A stretch of 63,462 bases of DNA, filler included, from Kipferlia bialata (taxonomy: Eukaryota), in the NCBI GenBank assembly GCA_003568945.1. It is 3 parts of 3 records of this genome, joined end to end, with 100 filler letters (N's around TTAATTAATTAA, not from the genome) between each part and the next. Parts side by side here need not be neighbours in the genome. Positions count along the whole stretch, not along the records: positions 1 to 28,896 come from BDIP01000021.1; 2 more parts are not named here. One strand, 5' to 3'. Made by a program: the position numbers and the translations under genes. The first letter of the stretch is position 1; each line of letters opens with the position of its first letter. The notes under the pieces are model-generated. The model saw only the letters and a program-made list of their open reading frames with translations. It was not told where the DNA came from and did not search any database. Shown one piece after another: positions 1 through 12,576 of this stretch.

Positions 1-83
1 AGAGAAGGGAGAGGGAAGGAGGGGGGGGGGGGGGGGGGGGGGGTAACTCCAACATAGAGCATTGCATATACCACACTACATAC

Positions 84-425
84 CTATCCATCAGGTCTGT
101 TGGATAAGAGAGGAGATGAGGAGTGACTATAATAATAATTGCAGGGTATGTCATGCACTACATACCTATCCATCAGGTTTGTTGCCTCCACTGGTGTGGT
201 CTCCTTGGCTCCCTCTCCCTCTTCTACCTGAATAGGGGCAACCCCATTCACCACAGGAGCGGCACCCTCTTGCTTCACCAGACCGATATGAGTGGATGCA
301 GTGTCACTCTGGGGTGTCCCGTGCACACTTCCTGTATCTGCATCTGTCACTGTGGCCTGGACAGCCTCTGGTGCCACCTGTGCACCTGGGACGGTATCCA
401 TGGGGGCCTCCTCTCTCCCACTCAC
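84..425 (-). CDS. First exon of a hypothetical protein (acidic, low-complexity N-terminus); gene runs off the window start
   Basis: ORF MSGREEAPMDTV...TNLMDR followed by a GTATGT donor at about 165. The listed start (84) is the unspliced ORF end. Confidence 0.5.
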   Translation of the reverse strand: MSGREEAPMDTVPGAQVAPEAVQATVTDADTGSVHGTPQSDTASTHIGLVKQEGAAPVVNGVAPIQVEEGEGAKETTPVEATNLMDRYVVHDIPCNYYYSHSSSPLLSNRPDG

Positions 426-914
426 TCTTCCCTATGACACACTAACTTGTCCCCTACTCTGTGTGTCAGTATATGGTACTGCCAGTATCTACACAAGGGT
501 GACAGTCCTCAGAGGTTGATCGAGGGAAAGGAAGGATGACTCTGCTCTCAAAAGAGCAAAAAACTTCAATATGAAATAAGGGTGTAGTGTCGAAAGGGTT
601 TAACAAAGCAAAAATTGACGGAGTAGTCAAGGTGTTTGTTTCAGACCACTGTGTAGGGAGGTATAGGGTGCTAGGAGTGGAATCTGCCGGTATCTACTCT
701 CCACAGGAGGGCTTTACCAAAGGGCTATTGTGGCTCTTGGTGGTTGGCTGTGTGGAGGCCAAGAGACACTCTCAAGTAGTGAGGGACACAGAGAGAGCGA
801 CACAGTGAGAGAGAGGGAGAGAGGGGTAGAAACACTGTCCCAGAGACAGAGTTTACCTAGTAGGGGTGTGCGTGTGACAGAGAGAGAGTGTGTGTGAGGT
901 AGAGACACTGAGCG

Positions 915-1050
915 ATGAGTGCCTTTGACAATGCCCACCTGGACCTCTTGATCAGGGCAGCTGAGGAGAGTGTCAGCTCATTCAAGGTAAGCATACGCAT
1001 ACAGAGTATTCCTGAGTCGTTCTCGGTATCGGTATGGTATAGGGATAGAG

Positions 1051-1083
<33 letters not shown>

Positions 1084-1428
1084 CCTCTCTCTCTCTCTCA
1101 CACACACACTCTCTTTTACTCTCCATCGGGGATGGGAGGACCTCTCACCTCCAGGTGTTTGAGGAGATGTCCTTCGACAACGAGAAGAAGAAGGTTGCCG
1201 GTATCATCAAGCAGAACGGAGCCTGCGCAGACCCCGCCAACGCAAGTGAGTCAGTATGCGGCAAGGACTGTTACTCTCTTATGTATATTCTGTTGGAAAG
1301 TGGGACACTTTGCACTCACTATCCTTGTATATCTCTTTGTCTCTCTGTTTCTTACCCCAGTGGACGCCGTCAGAAACATCTCCTTCAGCAGCACCAAGAG
1401 CGAGGTCCTTGCCATCCTCCAGGGATAG
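915..1428 (+). CDS. Small 76-aa hypothetical protein (3 exons)
   Basis: Exons 915-986, 1155-1245 and 1361-1428 join in frame with GT-AG boundaries: MSAFDNAHLDLLIRAAEESVSSFKVFEEMSFDNEKKKVAGIIKQNGACADPANAMDAVRNISFSSTKSEVLAILQG*. Confidence 0.7.
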
Positions 1429-1819
1429 AGGGCTAGAGGGACATAGGGATAGAGGGCTAGAGGGCCAGAGGGGTATATGTGTACGTGAGAACAAACTGAC
1501 TGCAAGTGTACTGTTGTCACATAGATGTCTTTGTCCAGTTGGTGAGGGAAGTGATCTCCTCATTCCAATGATTCATATCTATTTTGATTGCTCATTTCAT
1601 GCATAATACTAATCAAGTATCGGCCCAGTACCGATGGTGAATGCACTTTGTCCAGGATATAGGTACAACTGTAATTACTTCATTTTGGTACCAAACAGGA
1701 GCCTCCAGCCTAAGAACCATATACCGCAGCCCAATCGACTCCTCCACGCCTTGTCCTGCAGCATCGCTCACTTGACTGCAAAGGCTGCCTGACTGTGAAT
1801 GGATGTTACACACATACCA

Positions 1820-3080
1820 CTAGAACTGGGGTCCCCCCCATATATGCACCCTCACCTTGTTGTGCATGACTAGGGTGGGGGTCCCCTCGATGTCTCTGAA
1901 GTAGAACGTCTCACAGACCCAGGAGAAGGGGTGGGCTCTGATGACCTGGGGTCACGGGCACGGCAGTACAAGACGACTAGTAGGGGGTGGGTCAGGAGAT
2001 AGAGAGTATACACTCCGGTTTGTCAAGGTGACAGATAGACTCCCGTGGCAGGGCCAATAATATATTAATGATACCGATACCTTCTGTAGTGACTTGTGCT
2101 TCCTCTGGGCCAGGGGGTTGTCGTATACAACCTGGCAGTGAGGGCGTATGGGGAACAACCAATGATTGTCAACTAAACACTGTTGACACCGAGAGGAGAC
2201 CATAATCACAGACTGTAATAAGAGAGTGGCCTACCTCCATGGTGTTCTCTGACTTGGGAGGCATGAATCCTAGCTCAAACTGCCAGCTGGTATGAGAATC
2301 AATGCAGCAATCAATATACAATGGTCAGCCAGTCACACTAAGCACTAATAGAGACAATGACCAATACTCAATGTCAACCGAACTCATAGAGAATACAGGC
2401 ATTGTCCCTTGCCTACGGATCAGCTGTCCACTGACAAAGTGAAGCTCCACTACAGTGAGTCCCTCCACCTAGAGTGAGACAGAGCAAACGACACCAATAC
2501 AGATACAACCCATACCGGAGACTCCCCGGCTCTGAACGTGACGCCAGTTGCAATGTCCTTCAGGGACAGAAACGAGTCTGGCAGAATGTACCTTTGGGAT
2601 CAGTGGCCGTGCTTGGTTGCCAAAACATGTATATACAGTGTGGAAGGACAATTGTCAGATGGTGACAACAATGACACCTGCAATAGATACATAGAATGAA
2701 TGAATAGAGACCTACCTGATGCCCCTGTGGGGAGGGATGCCGGGCATGACCTCGTAGGACCCGATCTGGTGTCAGTGATGGCTTCAAGATTATCACAACA
2801 TCACCCCTTGTAACCACACCTGCTCTCCAGTCTCACCAACGTGAAATATGACATTGTTGGGATCGGAGCTCGATGGACTCCGAATCCGGAAATCTGTGAT
2901 AGCGAACCCACTGAGTGAGCGAGAGAGAGAGCGAGGAAAAGTGAGTGTCAAGTGAGTGTATCCCTCAATTGTTGGAATATACATGGACCAATCTCACCTG
3001 CGTGCTGTCTGCTCCTCATCGCAAAGGAAACCCTCGCATGGAGCAGTGAGGGAAAGAATATCACTGAGGGACACAGCCAT
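1820..3080 (-). CDS. UNC119: UNC119/PDE-delta family lipidated-cargo carrier (multi-exon)
   Basis: Spliced peptides GFLCDEEQ, FAITDFRIRS, RYILPDSFLSLKDIATGVTF, VELHFVSGQLIRSWQFELGFMPPKSENTME and ETFYF..LVMHNK match UNC119 motifs (FLC, F.IRD, RY.F...FL, IERHYF, SFDF.FGF..P.S.NT.E, DSFYF..LIMHNK). Confidence 0.85.
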
Positions 3081-3395
3081 ATGAACTTGAGATAGGAAGG
3101 AATAGGCTCAGAGGTGTGAGACAAGTGAAAATCGTCTAGATCTAAATAAGCTTAGTTAGGCCTACCTAAGCCTTACTTAATGACGACATTTTTAGGCTTT
3201 GTGGACTTTAGGTGTGAGCATGTGACTCTCTTCCATGGAGGACACTGATTCCCGAGTCTGAAGAAGCAGTGACAAGTGAAACTGCCCGTGGAGGTATACT
3301 TCACAGTGTTTTCTCTTATTGTCTGCATGAGTGTGTGGAGTCAATAGTTGTGACTATACATATGTGTATGTTGCACATGTTCGATGACACTCAGG

Positions 3396-6300
3396 ATGGG
3401 GTGGCTGTCTAAGGCTAAGAGTTTCACTCGCGGTGTCGGGGATGTGTTCTATCCTGAGCGGCAGAGGATGGACTCGTTTGAGAAGGCCTTCCATGTGATA
3501 AGGCTGGGGGTGGAGAGGGTGTTGGATGGCGCTACCGCCCACCCAGACATCGTCGTGTCCAGAGGGGGGGGGATGAGCAGGGAGGGCCGGAAGGAGGTGG
3601 AATCTGCCCTCGAAGTGATGGCTGCCTCTCTGCTGGCAGAGGGCGAGGACGAGTGCCCAACCGAGTGCCTGGACTACTGTGAGAGTCAGGCTGTGCTGGA
3701 CACCGTGCTGGGTCTTCTCTCCCACTCCGTGCCAGACTCGGTGCTGTGCCTCGTGTCTGCCCTGGTTGGTGAGTGTAAGATATATAAGATACATTGCAAG
3801 TAGTCTGCCCTGGTTGGTGAGTCTCTATATATATAGTGGGGTGCATTGCATGTGGGAGTGATGGGTCCCTTGGGTCTCACACTCTACGTTATATTGTATT
3901 CCTTTTAGAGTTCTACTCTCTAGCTCACCTTCAGGTTCCTTGGTCACCCGACTTCGGCCTCAAGAGCAGGCTCAGGGCAAGTCAGTGGACATACATGGGC
4001 ACACTGTGATACTGCGGGGAGTCCGGTTATACTTCGATCGCGTATGTAGTATGCAGACAAGTGGTGCTGGTTCTGTAGATCCCTCTGAGACTCGCCCCCT
4101 GGGTCTTTCAGGCCCTGTCCTGCTGTCATGTGTGTCAGTAGCATCGACATTGGCCGTGGCTCTCCCCCGGCCGCAGGGGCTGGGTGTGTTCTCCCCCTGC
4201 GTGCCCTCTGTGCTGGCCTTCCTCACCCTGCTGATAGGGAGGGACGGCCTCTCGACACAGCAGGAGCCCCTGGAGAGGGCCTGCGACCACGCCCGTCTCT
4301 CCTTCCTCACCATGTGCCGCTGTCTTCCTACAGACAGTGCATACACAGACACGGACGCAGACACCGCACCCGGCCTTCTGGACCGGGCTGCCTCCCTGGT
4401 CCTGGCCGGCCTCCTCCGGCTGCTGATGCACCTGCCTCTGTCGAGCGTGGACCACCCCGACTTCCTAGGCAGGGACCGGCCCAAGGTGGGACGCCAGGCC
4501 CCGACATCGGACCCTGCCACCCTGGGGGGGGTGTGGCAGAGGGTCAAGGGCCGCGTGGTGTATGTGTCCCACTTTCTGGCTGGTCTGGAGGGCACCGTCT
4601 GCCTGGACCTTGGTTGCAGGATGCAGGACAGGCTGGTGGGGGAGGTGCTGGAGCCCTATGTCGACAATGTGCTCACCTCGCTGACCCCCTTCGGCCTCGT
4701 GTCCTTCCAGGGTCAGACCGAGACTCTGGTGGAGGTGCAGCGTGTGAGTGCCAGCAGCAGGGGGCCCATGTGCTCTGTGCTGTACACCCTGCAGGGACTG
4801 GTCTCCGTGGCTAGGGGCACGCCTCTCCTCTCTGTACTCGAGACATGGCTGCTGGGTAGGCATGACAGTGAGACCGGTTCCCGTACTGTGGGAGGTGGGG
4901 GCCAACCCACATGGCTTGTGTCTGCTACACTTACAGGGCCAGCAAGCAGCAGCGAGCTGCCATGCGCGTTTGCTCGTGAGACTGTCAGCCCTAGGAGTGT
5001 AACAAACGGTTCCATCGCTGTGTCCATTCCCCACGACAGCGAGAGACCGCCCTCTCTACCAGCCGTGTGCGTGTTTGTGTGTTCGTGTATCCGTCATGGT
5101 GCCCTGGACGTGTCTGCGGCAGGGGTCAGTCTGGCTGCCACTTTGCTAGAGACAGTCACACAGACACCAGGTACCAGGCAGTGGGTGTGCAGTGCTGGTG
5201 TGAGTTGGGAGTATGAGTTATATGTCGCCTTTGTAACTGTCGAAGTTTCTCTACTTCATCTATGTGCCTGCATATCTATCTGACTGTCAGAGGTTCCGTC
5301 TCAGGGCCTCCTTCGCCCCAGGCACCCCTCTCGGCCGGAGAGGCAGAGAGAGAGACACAGGGAGGATGCCCAGTCTGAAGTGGAGAGGGCTGAGGTGGAG
5401 CGTATCTGTGCCCCTGTTATATCCATGGTACCACGTATACTGCACCACCCCTACCTGCATGACGTGTATGGGGAGGGGTATGCCCCTGTGCAGTCCTTCC
5501 TGGACGCCCCTGGCCTCAGGGCCCCAATGACCAGGGCCCCTGATACCGACCCCGACACCCCCCTGCCCGTGCTGACTGACTTCTTCAGCAGTATGCAGAG
5601 GTCACTGCCGGAAGGGGGAGGCCATGGGGAGGGGGGGGTGGGGTACGACGCCTCCCTGACCCTGCAGGGACTATATCCCCCGGGGGAGAGGGCGTGTAGG
5701 GCTGTGGCGCTAGACCTTGCCTGTGCCGCAGGACGTGTCGACACCCAGTGTCTGGGTGTGGACACCATGTCTCAGGGGGATACCCACCCCGACACGGAGG
5801 CAGAGACTAAGGCAGAGACTGACCTGGACCCATTCGGTGGGGCAGAGGGGCAGACAGAGGCTGGGCATGTGTCGCCAGAGGGTGGGAGTGTGTGTGAGGC
5901 AGAGGCAGAGGATAGAGATGGCGGTGCTCATGCTCCGCTGGGTGTCTCCATGCACCCTCTGTTCCACCTCGCCCTCCTAGCCGTCGAGGCTCTCTTTGCC
6001 TCAGACATAGACTACGATGAGTGTGCAGTCGGGGGCTGGTACTGGACACCCTTCCTGGCCGCATTCACTGCCAGCCGGTATGTGTCTGCCCTCGTCCGTG
6101 TCCCCTCCCCCCCCTTGGTCCGAGCCCTGATCCGGGACACGGCGTCTGGCCTCACCCCCTGCCTCCACCTCCCGTCTCTGCTGGACGTGCTCTGTATGGC
6201 CCTGCAGAGGGGTGAGCCTGTCTCTGCCGTCGAGCTGTTGTATGACAGAGCGGCAGACGGGGTGCTGGGTGGGGGAGGGTCGCCCGGCTTCCAGTTGCTG

Positions 6301-6459
6301 AAGAGACTGGCGGGTGAGGAGGGACGACGCACCGTGGGAGGGGGCAAGGAGAGGAGGTTCCAGCACCGGTGCGGCATCAGGGTGCGGGTGGTGCTGGAGG
6401 AGACCATGGCAGACATCGAGGCGGTCAGGATGTGTCTCGGTCGCATGGCTACCGAATAG
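3396..6459 (+). CDS. FHIP/FAM160 (FTS- and Hook-interacting protein)-like
   Basis: Exons about 3396-3768, 3935-5170 and 5291-6459 are phase-compatible. N-terminal ECLDYCESQAVLDTVLGL resembles PCMEYLL...ILETL. C-terminal HPLFHLAL and VVLEETMADIEAV resemble GPFL..LF and IVLEEF.KELAA. Confidence 0.7.
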
Positions 6460-6546
6460 AGCACTCGCAGCGTATATATCACTGTGTGTCTGTGTCGAGA
6501 TATTGATACAATGCGATCTATTGGTACTGCCACCCCATTCCTCCCC

Positions 6547-7981
6547 TCACTCTCCCTTCACTCTCCCTTCAGGGCTCTGAGGGCGGCCTCCAGGTTGCCT
6601 ATGGCCTCTCCAACAGCCTTGAAGTTCAGGTTGCTGACAGCAAACCTGGGGGTGAGTCAAAGATAGCAAATATATGTACATATTCAAAAGAGGATATATA
6701 CTCGAACGCCGCCCACTCACTTTGCCTGCCTCTGGGCCTCCTTGATAGCCGCAAAGTCAGGGGTGTAGGACTGGCCGGAGGTTGGGGCCGGGATGGGGTT
6801 GGACACAGGAGCAGAGATGGGGGCGGGGATGGGGGCGGGGGTGGGGGGCTGGTAGGGGGTGGCTTGGGGTGGGGGCGTGTATGCCGGGGGGGTCTGTGCC
6901 TGGGGTATCGATGGCATGGAGGGCATGGAGGGCATGGAGGGCATGGCACTGGAAGGGGGGGGGACAGGGGCAGGGGTGATGCTGGCACCGGAGGTGGGCT
7001 CGGGCTCAGCCTCCTTGGCTGCAGGGGCAGGTACAGAGCCCTGCTCCCTGATATCAGGGACTCCATATACACAGCAACAGAATCGAGTAATACTGATCTC
7101 TCTCTACCTAGCAGCCTTCAGGTTGCGTGCTGCCATTACCCGACAGTACTTGTGCCTCTTGATCCACTCCTCTCTCTCCTAACGTCAGATACATACGCAC
7201 ATAGAACCGAGAACACCTAACACTACAATTGCACCGATAGATAGTGAGCCACTCCTATCACCATGAGACACTAAGGACGCCACTCATGTATGCCCCCCCC
7301 CCCCACCTCTGCCTCCTCTGCGGGGTATGTCGTCATGTACAGGTCCAGGAAGAAGGCAGCAGCTGAGTAGTCCATGGCCAGCACCCTAGGCTCCACATGG
7401 CTCTTCTCCCTCTTCCTCACGTTGGTCAGCACCATCACAGCATGGTTCTCAAGGGCCTGTCGTCACATATATGGCCTTTTCACGACAAGAGAGTTGTACA
7501 GACAGATGTGGGTACTTGCAGTAGCCTCCAATACATAACCAAGCAAGTCTACTCTTCATAACTTCCCTCTCCTACATATGGCTCCCATAGTGACCTACCT
7601 CCTTCACCTTCTCTTCCCCAGGCAGCTGCTTCTTTCCAGAGTCGATTATGTCCATCAGCCCCATCAAATAGGACACACCATCCTGGTCTACCTGATAGGA
7701 AGTGGAACACATACATACAAGGTACCAATACGTACACTAGCACCATACCTTGCCGGCCTTGTACAGGGAGCCTGCCTTGGCTGCCGCATTAACGAGACAG
7801 AAATGACTGGGTGAGACGCCAGGTACTTCTGTCCAACTATAGACCACTCAACCGAGTAGGTGACTAACACTATATATATGTGTATGTGTGCAGACTACCT
7901 CACAATTGGAGCAGCCTTTGACAACTCTGTAGCCCTTGCTACAGCATACTTGATGCTATTGAGACACGTTGGGATGGTCAT
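6547..7981 (-). CDS. VTA1: Vta1/LIP5 (Vps4 cofactor, ESCRT), about 7 exons
   Basis: MIT-like N-terminus (ARATELSKAAPIVSHFCL; KRHKYCRVMAA), Pro-rich linker and C-terminal VSL domain EAQRQAKFAVSNLNFKAVGEAIGNLEAAL. Confidence 0.9.
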
Positions 7982-8082
7982 GGCGCGATACAAGTCGCGA
8001 GGTAGAGAGACTGTAGTTGAAAGTTTCAGAAAGCTGTTCCGAACCCCTAGATCTATCGCCAAAAAAGTGTATCAGTTCCCGC

Positions 8083-10971
8083 ATGTCTGGGACAGCACTC
8101 TCTTCTGGCACCTTGAGACGCATGTCGGAGAAGGTGAAGCAGCTGGACTGGATGGAAGGTATGCCTGGTGCAATGGGTTCATGTGGGGTGGATTCAGCTG
8201 TGTGAGTCAATCTAGCAGTATCGGTACCATATCTTTCACTGCTAGTACAGTGTCATTTATAGCTATACCCCGAGAGTGTGTTGTGTGTTGAGGTGTTATC
8301 TGGGTAGGAACCCTCCCGCTGACCTCAGGGGAGACCCCCGAGGGGGTTCCCGCCGAAGTCCTGGCCCGGTTCGCCAGCATGAGTAAGACGGACGGTGCCG
8401 ACGGGGAGGTGCTGGCCCTGTGTGCCCAGCAGGGGCTGGTGTCGTTCGAGACACTGTCTGGGGACAGCGTGGGCATTGCCTCTGCCTCCACGAGGGTAAG
8501 GCCCCAGAAGGCCCCCTCGCAGAAGAAGGCCAAGAAGTCGAAGGCCGACAAGAAGATGGAGGCAGAGAAGGCAGCCGCTGCCATCGAGAGCGCCAAGGCA
8601 GCGGCCCTGGACAGTGAGTGGGCCAAGATGGGGCTCAACATGGAGCTGGCAGCAGGGGTGATCCACAGTGGGTTTCCGTCTCCCTTTGCCATTCAGACCA
8701 GGGCCATTCCCTCTGCCATTGAGGGCAACCACACGCTGATCGAGGCAGAGACAGGGTCCGGGAAGACGCTGGCCTTTGTGCTGCCTGTGATCCACTCGTG
8801 GGTCGCCAGGAGGGAGGTGGGTTATCTCTGTATCGTGACAGTACCACTAATGAATGAATCTTTCTCTTCTCTATCCACCCCTATCCTTATCTGGCTCACC
8901 AATAGCTTGAGACCGCTAGGGGCGTTGCCCAAGGGACCGCCCCCGCAGATATCGAGCATGACCACTCCATGTATGCCCTGATGGTGGCACCCACAAGGTA
9001 CGGGCCCAGTGTCTGGATTGTGATACATGCTGAGTCAACTCTGATATCGTATGTTCACACTGGAAATAGTGCCAGATATACGTTTTGTAAAGAGTTTATA
9101 TAGAGCTCTTTCCTCTTGATGGAGTGTCCAAGTTTGTACGAGTATTCACATACCTGTAAGTATTGAATATACCGCGTAGTTTGGCCCTTCCCTGATACCA
9201 GGGAGCTGGCCCTCCAGATTGCCTCAGTGGCCACCTCCTGCGGCAGGATGGTGGGGTGCCGGGTGGCCTGTCTGGTGGGAGGCCTGGCTGTGCAGAAGCA
9301 GACACGCCAGCTGGACCACAACCCAGCCATTGTGGTATGCACCCCAGGCAGACTGCTGCAGTTCCTGGAGGACACCCCTCACACACACCTGCTGGTGGGA
9401 ATGAGGACAGTCAGGTATACACGTGTATACGTGTGTATACATGAATATCCAGAGACAAAGAGTGTATGAGAGTATGAGTATAGTGAATTGTAGGTGATGC
9501 ATGTCTGCTGTCTCTGTGAGTGTGTCTCTGACCATAGGTGGCTTGTGCTGGACGAGGCAGACAAGATGCTGGAGAAGGGCAGGTTTGGCGGCCTTGTGCA
9601 GGCGCTGAAGAAGATGGACGAGGCGTCAGTCCACCCCCAGCTCATCATTGCCTCTGCCACCCTGTCTCCCCCAGACAACCACAGGGACAGGAGCCTCAAG
9701 GTGCGGTGGGGTGTGTATGTACAAGTATCGATATGTCCCTCCCCCTCTCACCTCAGATACCTCAGAAGGGTATCATGGCAGACTGTGTAAGGGCCATCAA
9801 GAATGAGTACCAGGGAGGGGAGATCCACGGGCGGCCTGTGCGGTCTCTGATGGGGTCTGCCTCTGTCCAGACCCCCTCTGCGCTGGTGGAGAGGTGGGCC
9901 CGGTGCTCGTCCTTCGAGGACAAGGGTGCCAGGGCCCTGTACCTCCTCATCACCAGGGAGGTCAAGACCCTGGTGTTTGTGGACAGCATCAGGCTGGCCA
10001 AGTCGTTTGTGGGCATGCTGCAGCTGCTGTCGATGCCTGCCTGGAGCGTGCATGCCTCCATGCCCCAGAGGCAGAGGCTCAAGAACATGGACAGGCTCCG
10101 CAGTGTGGAGGGGTGCATCATAGTCTGCACAGACGTGGCAGCCAGAGGCCTGGACGTGCCCTCTGTCGACATGGTTGTGCACCTGTGTGCCCCTGTGTCC
10201 CCCGAGGTCTATGTCCACAGGGCAGGAAGGGCGGGCAGGGCAGGACGGCCAGGCCTCAGCGTGGCCCTGGTGGCCCCCAGGGACGAGGGCGCCTATGCCT
10301 CTGCCCGTGCACTGCTGGGTGCAGAGGAGACGGCGTCCTACAGCGGATACGACTCGATGCCCTTCCGCACTGGGTCTCTGAACCTGATGAGGAACGTGTA
10401 TGCCCAGGCCACCCTGCTGGAGAGAAGGGAGGCAGCCCTGAGGGAGAGCTGCAGGGACATCAGCACCAACGCCAGGATGCTGCTGGAGGCTGGGCTAGGG
10501 GAGCAGGAGGAGCTGACGGAGGAGCAGAAGGAGAGGGAGAGAGACAGGCACACGGAGGTGGACATCATCCGATCCGACCTCCGCAAGATGCTCAAGACTG
10601 ACATCACGGCAAGGACGGTGGCCGAGGCCCTGGCGCTCAAGAACAACACCGACGCCTCCCTGGACATAGTGCTGAGGGAGAGCCCCAGGAAGGTGGACGT
10701 GGCCCGGGGTGCCAAGGCAAAGGCAAAGGCAAAGGCAAAGGCCCTGCGGCGGCAGAGGTGGCAGGAGGAGAGGGCGGCTGAGGAGGAGGCCGAGATGGAC
10801 GCAGCAGATGCCGCCATGGAGGAGGGTGAGGAGGGGGACGCAGAGGTAGAGGAGGCCGAGGCTGAGCCTGTGGCCGTTCCTGCACCCAAGCCCAAGAGGC
10901 GGCCCGTGCCTGTGTCGCGCCTCAATGCCACAGCCCTGGTCAAGGGCATGATGCGCAAGACAAGGAAGTGA
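8083..10971 (+). CDS. DDX24: DEAD-box RNA helicase DDX24/Mak5 (60S biogenesis)
   Basis: Q motif GFPSPFAIQ, AETGSGKT, PTRELA split by an intron, TPGRL, DEADKML, SAT, HASMPQRQRLKNMDRL (Mak5-type), TDVAARGLD and HRAGRAGRAG. The start may instead be 8122. Confidence 0.88.
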
Positions 10972-11324
10972 GGGACACAAGGTTGTGGACTCGATTTTTT
11001 AGGGTTTGATATTGTTATTATTCGTATTTGTGACTCTGGTAAGTTGATTACTATCAATAGAGTGTGTATGGCTGTGTATCAATGTTCCTGAATCTGACTT
11101 GGTGGAGTGGGCCCCAACTTCATACTGTACATGTCTTATTATCCTACCTATCTGGGTCTGTGACTGATACTGATTCACTGTTGTTTGTTATTATTGAAGT
11201 TCCTTGTCACTCACAAGTTGTCACTGACTGGGTTACCAGAACTTCTGAGTCAAACACTCAGATTGAAGAAGGGGTTCTTCTCCAAGCTTCTCAGGAGAGC
11301 ATTCCTCCTTCTCATCGCTGACTC

Positions 11325-12431
11325 ATGACTGATGTATCAGCGGGTCTGACTCCACGAGAGTTGTTGCTCGTGTTCTCTTTAGCCAAGCGTGTTGGGGAGA
11401 CCACTCCGGAAGGGGATGTGGCCCACGCCCTGATGCGGCTGATCCAGACCCTGTCCTACAACAGCCCCTCCCAGTACAGCAGGGTGCAGTCCCTCTCGGC
11501 CCCTGACCTGGCTGCTCTGGTGGCCAGGCCCCAGGGGCTGAGGCAGAAGTACACCACGTATATCAGCCGCCGTGCCAGTGTGGCGAAGGGTGCCCTGCGG
11601 GTGTCACTGCTGAGGGAGATTGCACAGCTCAGGAAGGGGGTCGATCACTCATCACTCCAGGAGGACGGGGAGAGTGTATTGGAATCATGTGAGGGGGGTG
11701 CACCGGTTGAATCGTTGCGAGAGGTACCAGATCATAAGTCACATCAGTCCATGCCAGACATTGTAGATGCAAGCACTGAGGACCCCCGAGGTCCCACTGA
11801 GATCCACCCTCCCTCGCCTAGTAGGGTAGCCCCAGCCGGTGGCGTGGCCTCTCCTGTCCCTGTGACTGAGGGTGATGCCGCGATCCTTCCCCCTGCCCCA
11901 GCCCAGGATGACTATCTCAGTGGAATGGACGAGGCCAGTGCTCCAGAGTCCCCAGACACCCCTCCCCTCTCCCTCGCAAGGGGTCCCTGCCACGCCCCCT
12001 TCTTGCACGCAGCAGAGGCAGACTCTATCATCCGGCACAAGTGGGGGGCATCTTTGGCTCAGCTCTTGTCGCCTGTGTTGGATACCCTAATGGAGTCCCC
12101 CTACTCCGCTCTCTTTAGATCAGGCGATCCCCCGCTAGATAGTGCCGCGTACCGAAGTGTAGTGCGGCGCCCCATGCATCTGGAGAAGGTGAGGTCGGGT
12201 CTGGACAAGTACGCTAGCAGTCGCCATGTGATGCGAGACCTGCTGCAGATAGCGGCCAATGCCATGTACTACAACGAGGCCATGTCCTGGGACGTGCACT
12301 CAGACGCCCTGCACTTCAGACAGGAGTGCATCCTGGCCTTCGAGGCATTCTGGCAGGGCGTGGTGGACGGGACAGTGCTGCCAAAGGCGTCCAAGACAAC
12401 AAGGCGCCCCACGAGGAGGTGCCGGCGCTGA
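11325..12431 (+). CDS. Single-exon bromodomain protein (BRD8-like architecture)
   Basis: 368-aa ORF with C-terminal YRSVVRRPMHL...DLLQIAANAMYYN, retaining the acetyl-lysine-binding Asn. Confidence 0.82.
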   Translation: MTDVSAGLTPRELLLVFSLAKRVGETTPEGDVAHALMRLIQTLSYNSPSQYSRVQSLSAPDLAALVARPQGLRQKYTTYISRRASVAKGALRVSLLREIAQLRKGVDHSSLQEDGESVLESCEGGAPVESLREVPDHKSHQSMPDIVDASTEDPRGPTEIHPPSPSRVAPAGGVASPVPVTEGDAAILPPAPAQDDYLSGMDEASAPESPDTPPLSLARGPCHAPFLHAAEADSIIRHKWGASLAQLLSPVLDTLMESPYSALFRSGDPPLDSAAYRSVVRRPMHLEKVRSGLDKYASSRHVMRDLLQIAANAMYYNEAMSWDVHSDALHFRQECILAFEAFWQGVVDGTVLPKASKTTRRPTRRCRR

Positions 12432-12576
12432 ATAGATACCCATTAATGCACATGATTATTGTATGTTGTTCCATATAGAGACACAAGGCTGGTACATAAC
12501 CAATGTTAAACTACAAGCAATAAGGCATCTCACTCAATAATTGGGGTCAAAGTGTCTCTATTACTAGTACACTAAT

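Noticed and set aside
1050..1110. Poly-C and CT/CA runs giving poly-Pro or poly-Gly ORFs (also the window ends and 48190-48272)
   Set aside because: Intronic homopolymers and microsatellites of unreliable length.
1820..1855. Apparent 30-nt intron or in-frame TAG suggesting stop-codon reassignment in UNC119
   Set aside because: Reading through gives a sensible C-terminus (MHNKVRVHIWGGPQF*). TAA and TAG end several conserved genes here, so the code is standard.
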